Shown one piece after another: positions 54,561-64,000 of a stretch of 64,000 nucleotides of DNA. How positions within the stretch are numbered: position 1 is the stretch's first letter; each line of letters begins with the position of its first letter. The DNA is from Felis catus (lineage: Eukaryota): positions 135,968,001 through 136,032,000 of the forward strand of contig NC_058368.1 of NCBI RefSeq assembly GCF_018350175.1, in the 5' to 3' direction. Under the pieces are notes generated by a model. The model was not told the origin of the DNA and ran no database searches. It saw only the letters and a list, made by a program, of their open reading frames with translations. The position numbers and the translations under genes are program-made.

Positions 54561-55485
54561 AATTCACCTGTTAAATTACCTACTTAATAGACCTATTTAT
54601 TTTAGACCTTAGTAAATTGCCTATTATTGGTAATAGTTACACAGTCTTGCTGAGATGATGTTAAAAAGTATAAACCCTCCAAAATTAAGAAAGCAGGAGG
54701 GGACCATCCGTGCACAGAATATTTTAACAAAATTTTGGAAGGTGGGAACGCCACTGGGAGTTCCCTTGGGAACAGCACACCGCTGTAGTAATCAATGAAT
54801 AGGCCGAAGAAAACCACAGCCTGAATGTACCCATAACCTGTGGGAGAGTATGTCCCCTGCAAAGAAGACTGGGGACCCAAATTGCCAGGTGAGAAGGGCA
54901 GGAATGACAGGAAGGGCTGAATGTGGAGGGACCAATTTAAAGGCCAGCTCCCTCTACTGCACCATTAGGTTATTTGTAGCCAGGTGTTAGCCCCAAGGCA
55001 AAAAATCAGATTCTTCTCTTAAAAAACAGAGAAAAACAGAGAAAAAATGAACTTTGAGGAGTTAGTGTGGGCACTGTCACCCCCAAAGAATCCTTCCAGA
55101 ACCGACCATTTGATGCTCAAGGAACATCTCAAGTGAGCTTTCTTTCAGCTGCTAGCTCTGTCCCTACAGGTAACTGGAAATCATTTTCTGACGGGTTTCT
55201 CTGACATTTAAGGCTGGCTTGGCTGGGGTAAATCTTGGTTTTCCAGACTGTTCTCCATAAAGTAAAGGGCTTAGGTTCAAATCACACTCATGTGACTTAA
55301 TTGGATTTTTTTAACCCTGACTCTGACCAATCAGCATTTAATTTGCTTCATTCTTAAATGTGAAACCGAAGACCAGGATACATTTGAGGAAAGCTGATGA
55401 TGTGAAAAATAGACACCAAGATAAATGGTAAGAACCTTGGAGGAAACAGATAATGCAGGAGACGGATGAACTTAAACATCAGTAT

Positions 55486-56083
55486 TGATAAAGTTAATTT
55501 GTAGCGAGGGACCCACAAAATGGAGATGACCCCAGGGGCCCAGGCCATGTCACAAATCTAAACGTAAGTCAGGGGCGGCTGGGTGGCTCAGTCGGTTGAG
55601 GATCCCTCTTTGGTGCACAGTTTGTGAGTTCTAGCCCCGCATTGGGCTTCGTGCTGTCGGCACAGAGCCTGCTTCGGATCCTTTGTTCCCCCGCTCCTCC
55701 CCTCTCTCATGCTCTCTCTCAAAAATAAATAAAAACATGAAACCAACAACAACAACAAAGCCTAAGTCAGCCTGCACTTACAGGAAACACCTGTCAAGGA
55801 AGCCTAACGATACCAGTCACAATCCTTCAGCTCAGCTTTAGCCACTTTAGCTCACTGTAGAAAACAGAGCCTGCCAGCCTTACAAGGGAAGCGTCGACCT
55901 CCTGGCCAGTCATACCGTTTCCATGTTAACTCTTCTCTCTAAAGCTGGCGCCAGCGCAAAATCCCTCGGGCAGAGCCCGCTAGCTGCTTGTGAGGTCCTG
56001 TACTCCCCCGTACGTGGATTCTGTTCCCTTGAATAAAGGACATCAAACTTGTTCCTAGATTGTTTTAGTTTTGTCATTTGATA
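55486..56083 (+). mobile_element. Solo ERV1-like LTR, sense to NAIP, interrupted by a SINE (about 55572-55762)
   Basis: Starts TGATA, ends TTTGATA (possibly decayed TTGACA); 4-bp TSD GTAT at 55482-55485 and 56084-56087; AATAAA at 56032-56037 followed by a T-rich U5-like tail; interrupts an old A-rich L1-like tract. Confidence 0.65.
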
Positions 56084-56659
56084 GTATCAGAGAAGAGACT
56101 GAAAAGGATTGCATTGGTTTAAAAAATTAGATGTGAAAACAAGGAACCGTCACCACAAGAAAGAGCTGTGGGGAAATAGAAGTAGAATGGCTGACACTAA
56201 GGATTGTTGTGGGAGAATTGAAAGAATATAGGAGAGGAAATCTCCAGGAAGTAGAGCAAACTAGTAAGAGAGTGTTTGAGGGAAAAGGAAGTTAAGACTT
56301 AGATTTCCAACTGAATGGGGATACCAGGCAGAGTGAAAAGAGAAAAACAGTAGGAAGTTTAGGAAATTAAAGATAATCGCCCAGGGCTGTTGGGAGCTCC
56401 AGCTGTTCAGAATGAAAAAGCCCGCTGGGTGCTCAGGGCAATGAATGTAAAAGCGCCCACACCTAGACAATATCCTAAGAATGTTTATAACCCCAAAGAT
56501 AAAAGAAAATCCTCAGAGATACCAGAAAGGTGGAAACTGCCATCATCCCAGAAAGAAGATTTATACTAGCATCATAAGCTTTCATTAATCATGAACTATT
56601 TAGAATAAAATACTTTCTGCTGTGGGACTTGGCAGGTTTTATTATTCCTTTCGAGTCCT

Positions 56660-56837
56660 GACCTAATGCCTGTTGACTCACAACCCTGGAACACTGACCG
56701 GTAACTTCCCAGGGAACTGCGCAATTTGAGTTTTGGTTCCTCAAATGTTTTCTCAGTGCTTCCCATTAAAGGGCTAGCGCAGAGGCTCAGCCACACACTC
56801 TCCTGCCTTCTGAGTGGGACTCCGGACAAGCCTCTCA
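56660..56837 (+). other. NAIP: Probable NAIP 5'UTR exon (start approximate)
   Basis: Unique sequence ending in the donor CTCA|gtaagt. Segments such as GTTCCTCAAATGTTTTCTCAGTGCTTCCCATTAAAGG and TCAGCCACACACTCTCCT resemble my recollection of the human NAIP 5'UTR just upstream of the ATG exon (not verified by alignment). Confidence 0.55.
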
Positions 56838-58038
56838 GTAAGTAAATGACCTTCTCTGACCATGGTGCTTTGCTTCCACACCTCACCTCGCAGTTCTCAT
56901 GTTTCTCTCATTCCTGTTTGTCTCTTGGGAGGCCAGAGGACAGGCACTAGGGTCACACAGATGGGTTTGAATCCTAGCTGCGCGACACAGGAGCCTCCCT
57001 GGCTCTCTTAGCTCTTGCTGTAAAAGAACAGGAAAGCTGGAGAGGGCTTCGGAGGTCTCTTCTGCCCAGAAACAGCCTGGGGACCAGCAAAACTGACTGG
57101 TGAACTTTGTTGTCTACGTACAGGACGACTGCGGACCAGCTGGTCTCTTGCAACCCTGTACTTCCGTACCCCCGGAGAGATAGGGATCCGAGATGCTGCA
57201 TGTTGGCCAAACCTGAATGAAATGTCCAAAGTGGTGATGAATGTAGTCAGTTGTGTGCTAGGGTCTGAAACAGACCGGTGGGGGGGGGGGGGGGCGGTGC
57301 AGCTGGCGTCAGCTTGTTTCTGGTTTTGGGACCGGTCACGCGGCCTAGTTTTGGTCACAGGACCAGAGGGGTCTCTAAGACTCCTCCTCAGATGAGATTA
57401 TGGTTTCTCTAAGAGCTATCTAGGTGGTTCATTATCTAAAATGAAGAATGTCCTGTGCAACAGAGAAAAATCCCTAGGTACTGATCCTGGAGTCTGAGTC
57501 CCTCTCTCGTGTAGACCTGTTTTTAATTTTTTTTTTTTCAGTATTTATTTTTTGGGAGAGCACAGGTGAGGGAGGGACGGAGTGAGGGAGACAGAGGATC
57601 TAAAGCAAACTGCTCTGACAGGCTGACAGCGGCCAGCCCGACATGGGGCTCGAACTCAGCAACCGCAAGATCATGACCTGAGTGGAGGTCAGACGCTTAA
57701 CCGACCGAGCCACCCAGGCGCCTCATGAATTTTAATTTTCGTATCTTATCTTTCACTGTTGTTAAAGCCTTATGTAACTATACTGTGTAGAGTCTTGTGA
57801 GTTTTTTCAGTTAGCCAACCGTGGGTGATGGCTGGAGACAGGGCACTGTGATTGCATACTGGAAACCCGTGGTTCCTCTTTTAAATTTAAATGATGGCTA
57901 AGACTTTGGGAGAGAAAAAAAAAAAAAAGAATGAAAAGTGGGAGAATGAGAAAAGAATGAAAAGAGTTCAAGCCACAGAGGCCAGGCTGGCTGCTGAGGC
58001 ATCAGTGGCTTGATTTCAAGTAGGAGAACTATTGATGG

Positions 58039-58415
58039 TGTTATGCCCAGAATTCGTGATCCCCAAAGACCACTAGGGAGCCGAGTCCGATGCAAAAGCA
58101 AAGAGCCTTTGTTTGAGCTAGCTCGAGCTCAATCCCCTACCTGCACCGACGCAGCGGTGAGATACCAGGGAAAGAGAGCGAGTTTCAAAAGGACAAAGGT
58201 TTTATTGGGGCCTGGGGGCAGTTGGTGAGGTAATGGCTATGGCCTCAGCCGATTGGCTGGGGAAGGGTCCGGCAGGTGAGGGAGGGTTTACTCGAGGGGA
58301 GGAGGTGTGGTCAAGGTGAAGGACACAGAACAAGATGGAGTCAAGGGGAGGAGGTGTGGTCAAGGTGAAGGACACAGAACAAGATGGAGTCGGCTGGCGT
58401 AGGCCCGCCCTTTCA
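58039..58415 (-). mobile_element. Solo ERV LTR (gammaretrovirus-like), relatively young
   Basis: Minus strand reads TGAAAGGG...GCATAACA; perfect 5-bp TSD GATGG (58034-58038, 58416-58420); 48-bp tandem duplication in U3; CCAAT and a TATA-like AATAAAA on the minus strand; CpGs retained. Confidence 0.88.
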
Positions 58416-59016
58416 GATGGGAGGAAGAGCAGAGCAGGGAGGGACCGGTGGTAGATCCTGAACCAGAGCGAAGAGCTAAGCTATTCACACAAACTCAGAG
58501 AGGAAGTCCTCCAAGAAAACCATTTCTTGGCTGGTTTGGGCTGCTTTGGCAAAAATGAAAGTAAGAGCCTCAGGCAGCCGAGCCCACCAAGGTTTGATCT
58601 GTTCATTCTGGGAAGGGATGTGATGGCAAAGGAGAGTTGGGGAGATATTTCTTTTGGTCATAATGTGACTCTCATCTGCTAGCCACCAAAGGGACTGTAC
58701 AGGGCAAAAGAGAATTGAAACAAAGGGGCGATTCTGTCGAAACCTCGGTAACCTTCTGGTCTGGATAGACCTTCCTGGATAACCTCCGCGGAGACAAATT
58801 TCCTGCACGAATGACAAAGGAGCTCTTCCTTGCACTGGATCCGGCCTGCCAAGTGAAGGGCATGCTTGCTCTTAATCAAGATCCTCAGCTGCAGCTTTTG
58901 CAGAAATGTGGGTAGATTGGCAAGTTCTTGATCAGCTGAACCGAGTAAAGGCAGGAATGGGTGGGAAGTGCATAAGCCCACCTTGCAGAGCTGAACCACC
59001 CAACTTCATGTTGGGT

Positions 59017-59080
59017 TTAACAGAAGGTTAACAGGGATTAACAGAAGATTAACAGAAAATTAACAGGGATTAACAGAAGA
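59017..59080. repeat. TTAACAG-core 10-11 bp tandem repeat, six copies
   Basis: ttaacagaagg ttaacaggga ttaacagaaga ttaacagaaaa ttaacaggga ttaacagaaga. Confidence 0.9.
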
Positions 59081-59243
59081 CTCCTGAGGCTCCCAGAGTG
59101 TGGAGAATGCAAGCAGGCATGCTGCGGCTTGTTATACGATGGTGCTATGGGAGCCCCTGTTTTATGCCTTTGACCTAAGTGGTGTCTTACCGCAGCTGCT
59201 CAGGTGGAAGTTCATCAACCTGCTTTTCTTTCCTTTTCAGAAA

Positions 59244-59811
59244 ATGGCGGCCCAGGAGGCGGCCCAGGAGGATACGGTTTCCGGGTTTGATTTTGCTTTG
59301 CTCCCGGAGCTGTCTCCTTTTCTAGGCATAGATGCAGTTCAGTTCGCCAAAGAAATGGAAGAAGGATTTCAGAAGGAACGAGAAAAAATGCAGAAAGGCT
59401 TTAACTCACACATGCGCAGTGAAGCAAAAAGGTTGAAGAGTTTTGTGACCTATGAGCACTACAGCTCATGGACGCCACAGGAGATGGCAGCAGCTGGGTT
59501 TTATTTCACTGGCATAAAATCTGGGATTCAGTGCTTCTGCTGCAGCTTAATCCTCTTTGGTGCCAGCATCCACAGACTCCCCATAGAACTTCACAAGAAG
59601 TTTCGTCCACGTTGTGAGTTCCTTTTGGGCAAAGATGTTGGTAACGTTGGCAAGTATGATATAAGAGTCAAGAATCCAGAGAACATGCTGAGAGGCGACA
59701 AAGCAAGGTACCAGGAAGACAGCGCCAGACTCGAATCCTTCCAGAACTGGCCATTTTATGTGCAAGCGGTATCCGTGAGGGACCTCTCAGCTGCTGGCTT
59801 TGTCTTTACAG
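59244..59811 (+). CDS. NAIP: NAIP first coding exon (exon starts 59241): N-terminus, BIR1, start of BIR2
   Basis: ccttttcag|AAAATGG acceptor; CAG|gtaatt donor at 59811/12; contained in ORF 59100..59906. Confidence 0.96.
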
Positions 59812-62800
59812 GTAATTTTTTTTTTAATGTTTATTTATTTTTGAGACAGAGAGAGACAGAGCATGAACGGGGGAGGGTCAGAGAGAGAGGGAGACACAGA
59901 ATCTGAAACAGGCTCCAGGCTCTGAGCTGTCAGCACAGAGCCCGATGCGGGACTTGAACTCACAGACTGCGAGATCATGACCTGAGCCGAAGTCGGCCGC
60001 TTCACCGACTGAACCACCCAGGTGCCCCTACAGGTAATTTTTAAAGTCATTTTCTGAAGTATTTCTCTGGAGTTTTGCGTTTGGGTCCCATGTTGGAATT
60101 GGAACATTCTGTGAACTTCTCCTCAGTTGTTAAATGAGTTACATGAGGCATAAGTTGTGTTTTATTAAAATTGAACCCTTGTAACTTGAACACACTGTAC
60201 AAAGCATCAAGTTAATTTGCAAAATGTATTATAAAGTAAGGAAGTTACTTTTCCTTAAATTTGGACCTCAGACAATGCTGGTTGGGTTCTCACTGCCCTC
60301 GTAATAAATCACGAAGTCACACTGACCACAGTTTTCTTACCCGTTCCCTGGTTCTTCTATGATCTTTAATTCTTTTTTTTTTTTTTTTTTTTAATGTTTG
60401 TTTATTTTTGAGACAGAGAGAGACAGAGCATGAACGGGGGAGGGTCAAAGAGAGGGAGACACAGAATCTGAAGCAGGCTCCAGGCTCCAAGCTGTCAGCA
60501 CAGAGCCTGACTCGGGCCTCAAACCCACAGACGGTGAGATCATGACCTGAGCCGAAGTCAGATGCTTAACGGACTGAGCCACTCAGGCGCCCCTTTCCTT
60601 AATTCTTTTAATGGCTGCAGTATTGGGAGGGGGGGGGGGGAGTTGTTTGCTTTAATTTTAAGGCTAACTTTAATGTATAGGGAGAATTGCACTCTAGAAA
60701 ACTGCACTATGTTTGAAATCTCCTGGCCATGCCATAAATGTTAGGACAAGTGTGAATGACAATTTTGAAAGCAGCAATCATTTACTAAGTATGTGCTTGA
60801 TGCTGAGTTCAAATTCAGCCTTAATTCTAATCCAACAACTTGCCCCTTCCCCACGTCTCACAGTTGAGTTTATTAGGCTCAAAGAGTTTAAGAAATGTGC
60901 TTTAGTCTCCACGGAAACTTCAGGACGGAACTACAAGTTACAGCTTCTAATGGTACCTTACTTTATGAGTGCTGGTGTTTCTTGGCTTCCTGACTCCTTC
61001 CCTGAGAGCTCAAAGAGCAAAACACCAGCCCTTGGAAGGAATTGGGGCGAGTGCATGAGCAGCTGACCGTTCTGTATGTGAAGTAGGGCTGTGGCTGAGG
61101 GGTAGGGTACCCTAACTGCTCCCTTAGGGGAGCAGGGCTGTGTGTGGGTAGAGATTCAGCCTGCAGGGGGTGTGAACAGACAGACATGCAGCAGTGCCTT
61201 TTGCTCATGCACCAAGCAGTCAGCTCCTGGAAACTCGTCTTCTGCCCTACCCCATGGAGCCATTGCTGGGCGATCTAAATGTGTCCTTCGCATGTAGGTA
61301 AACGGGACACTGTGCAGTGTTTTTCCTGTGGTGGATGTTTAGGAAACTGGGAAGAGGGAGACGATCCTTGGAAGGAACATGCCAAGTGGTTCCCCACGTA
61401 AGTAGATAAATATATTTTTCCTGTAATTATCTTTGCTTTTTTTTTTGTTGTTGTTGTTGTTGTAAGGCAAAAGACAAGTCATCTGGAGTAGCGTCTTCAG
61501 TCTTGATCGTTTCCTATCCGATATTGGAACATTTCAGAATTTATTCAGGAAAGGCTTGATTACTTTGTGGAAAATGTGAATTGTATCATTTAAAATCATT
61601 TTGGGGCACCTAGATGGCTCAGTCGGTTGAGTGGCCATCTTTTGGTTTCAGCTCAGGTCATGATCCTTGGGTTGTGTGTTGGAGCCCCGCATTGGGCTCC
61701 ACACTGAGCGTGGAGCCTGCTTAAGATTCTCTCTCTGTCTCTGTCTCTCTCTCTCTGCCCCTCTCCCCTGCTTGTACTCTCTCTCTCATTAAATAAAAAA
61801 TAAAATAAAATCACTTCTTTTTTTAATGTTTATTCTTCGAGAGCACATGCATGGTCATGCATGTGAGCAGGGGAGGGGTAGAGAGAGGAAGAGAGAAATT
61901 CCCAAAATTCTGTGCTGACAGCCCAGAGCCTGTCATGGCATTCAAAGTCACCAACCCTCAGATCATGATGTGAGCCGAAACCAAGAGTTGGACACTTAAC
62001 TAACTGAGCCTCCCCAAGCGCTCCATTATAAAACCACTTCTTAAAGGTTGTTTTATTATATCAGAATCCTATCTGTTTGGCAAAGTAGTTCCAGATCTGC
62101 CTTAATTAATAAAGAATAATTTGCATGGGGATGATGTAAAATAGTGTATAAAGGAAGTTGGAAAGTAACACCATGTTTAAAATCTTACTACACATGGTTC
62201 CATGTACTGCTGAATATATACCTCGTGCAAATGTTTTATTTCAAAAACTGAAAAGTTTTGATTACAATGTTTAGTTCTCTGCTTAGAAAATGAAGTATGT
62301 TTCAATTATCTTTAATGCTATATTGAGTAGTATTTTCTACATGACTTTACATCTCCCACATACGGATTTATTGCTTAAAACCTTTTTTTAACTTTGATGT
62401 TGAAAATTTTTAACGTTTATTTATTTATTTTTGAGAGAGAGGTAGAGAGTGAGCAGGGGAGGGGCAGAGAGAGAGGGAGACAGAATCCCAAGCAGGCTCC
62501 CTGCCATCAGCACACAGCCCGATGTGGGGCTTGAACCCATGAACCATGAGATCATGACCCGAGCCCAAACCAAGAATTGGATGCTTAACCAACTGAGCCA
62601 CCTTGGAGCCCCTGATGTTGAAAATTTTAAACAAAAGTAGAACAGTTGGGGCACCTGGGTGGCTCAGTTGGTTAAGTGCTGGATTCTTTTTTTTTTTTTT
62701 TTAATGTTTATTTTTACTTTTGAGAGAGAGATGCTTACTCTTGTTTACCAATTACAGATGTGAATTTCTTCAAAGTAAGAAATCCTCAGAGGAAATTGCA

Positions 62801-63811
62801 CAGTATATCCAAAGCTACAAGGGATTTGTTGGTGTCACGGTAATTTATAACAGCAAATATTTTCTCAAGTTGGCTTTTGGTTACCTGATACTTTGTGAAT
62901 TAGAAGCGGGGCAGGGGCGGGGTGGGGGGGGGGGGGGGAAGTGGCATTCTTTTTTTGTCATCGGCTCCATTTGTTTCTTCTTCCCTTCTTTCATTTCTCC
63001 TACCTCTCTTCTGGTCGATTGCAGCAAACCACATTGTCTTGCTGAACTACAGCCAGTCTTACCCTCTTTGACTGGAGTCACCCTCACCCCCACCCCACTT
63101 CCGCTTCCGATGGCTGCCCCCACCTGAATGCCTGCATAAGATATTCACACCTGGGACCCCCAGCCCAGCTGGCCTCAGAGCTGCTGCCTCCCAGCTGGTT
63201 ACTTTATACTCTATTAGTAAGGATTCCCTAGTGTCCAGTCACTTCCCAAATTGGCTTAAACAAGAAAAGAGTGCATTGGCTAAGAGGACTCAGAAGGTGA
63301 GAACCCTGGAAAGAAGATGGCCTGAAAGGGAGGAGGAGTGTTTGCTCAGAAAGAAATCTGGGTGCAGTTTCAGGATTGGTTGCTTAACAGCTAACCACCT
63401 CACTGAATCCTGTTTTCCTCCATATAGCTTATACTGCCTCATTAGTCAAAGTAAATCTGTGCAATGTTACTATAACTCTGATTTTGAACTGGATCTTTGG
63501 AAAACATGACCCTGAGAAGGCTCCCTGTTGGCTGTAGATAAACACTCACAGGTGTTTTTTTTTTGTTTTTGTTTTTTGCACTGCATTAAAAAATTCCAAC
63601 ATCAATAGAGATGGAAATTAGGAATGATCCCACAAACCTGCCGCAACCCAATGAAACTATGGGGGGGCGGGGGAAGGAGAGTTCTAACCACTTGTGATTC
63701 ATAGATCACTGTATTGTCTAAGTCAAATAGTGGATAACTTGAATTTTAATTTTCTTCAGGGAGAACATTTTGTGAATTCCTGGGTCAAGAGAGAGTTACC
63801 TATGGTGTCAG
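59244..63811 (+). CDS. NAIP: NLR family apoptosis inhibitory protein (BIRC1), 5' part only (BIR1, BIR2, linker); continues beyond the window
   Basis: Four exons (568+100+82+52 nt) splice in phase with no stop. [11 protein letters not shown]...[11 protein letters not shown]...QCFCC..H..C and [35 protein letters not shown] are NAIP BIR repeats. GTF2H2 followed by NAIP is the known mammalian gene order. Confidence 0.96.
59821..60028 (-). mobile_element. CanSINE inserted at the donor of the first NAIP coding exon
   Basis: TSD tacaggtaattttt at 59807-59820 and 60029-60042. Confidence 0.93.
61298..61397 (+). CDS. NAIP: NAIP coding exon 2: [33 protein letters not shown] (BIR2)
   Basis: catgtag| acceptor, CAC|gtaagt donor. 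Confidence 0.95.
62758..62839 (+). CDS. NAIP: NAIP coding exon 3: [27 protein letters not shown]
   Basis: attacag| acceptor, ACG|gtaatt donor. Confidence 0.95.
63760..63811 (+). CDS. NAIP: NAIP coding exon 4: [17 protein letters not shown]
   Basis: ttcttcag| acceptor, CAG|gtaata donor. Confidence 0.94.
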
Positions 63812-64000
63812 GTAATATCCCAAAGGCTTTGCTTATTTCTTCCTTTGCTTTTTTTTTTGTCATCTTTTTTTTTTTTTCATTCTCTTCCTCACATTGTGGT
63901 GTCATAATCATTTTTTTTAATGTTTATTTTTGAGAGACAGAGGGAGACACAGAATCTGAAGCAGGCTCCAGGCTCTGAGCTGTCAGCACAGAGCCCAACG

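Noticed and set aside
56974..58999. Minus-strand ORFs of 63-116 aa in the NAIP 5' intron
   Set aside because: No recognisable domains, overlapping in several frames, no supporting splice structure.
59100..59906. 268-aa ORF as a single-exon gene
   Set aside because: It is the NAIP exon plus chance in-frame intron on the left and SINE read-through on the right; real exon boundaries are 59241-59811.

Overview
Mammalian genomic DNA, most likely from a felid: it is dense in tRNA-derived carnivore SINEs of the cat SINEC_Fc type and in carnivore/felid L1. Two genes lie on the + strand. (1) GTF2H2 (TFIIH p44) is complete: CpG-island promoter and non-coding first exon at about 5.2 kb, then 15 coding exons from 17049 to 44185 that splice in phase to 1188 nt (395 aa plus stop). 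(2) The 5' part of NAIP (BIRC1): a probable 5'UTR exon at about 56.7-56.8 kb and four intact coding exons (59244-63811) covering BIR1 and BIR2; the gene runs off the window end. The rest is transposable-element sequence, including a full-length antisense L1 with nested insertions in GTF2H2 intron 1, several 5'-truncated L1s, solo ERV LTRs around the NAIP 5' end, and dozens of SINEs. Most striking observations: three separate L1 insertions, from at least two subfamilies, are 5'-truncated at the same ORF2 nucleotide; a SINE insertion duplicated the splice donor of the first NAIP coding exon; two solo LTRs bracket the NAIP 5'UTR exon; near-identical inverted L1s flank GTF2H2 exons 2-14. Gene and repeat-family identities come from recalled sequences, not database searches.
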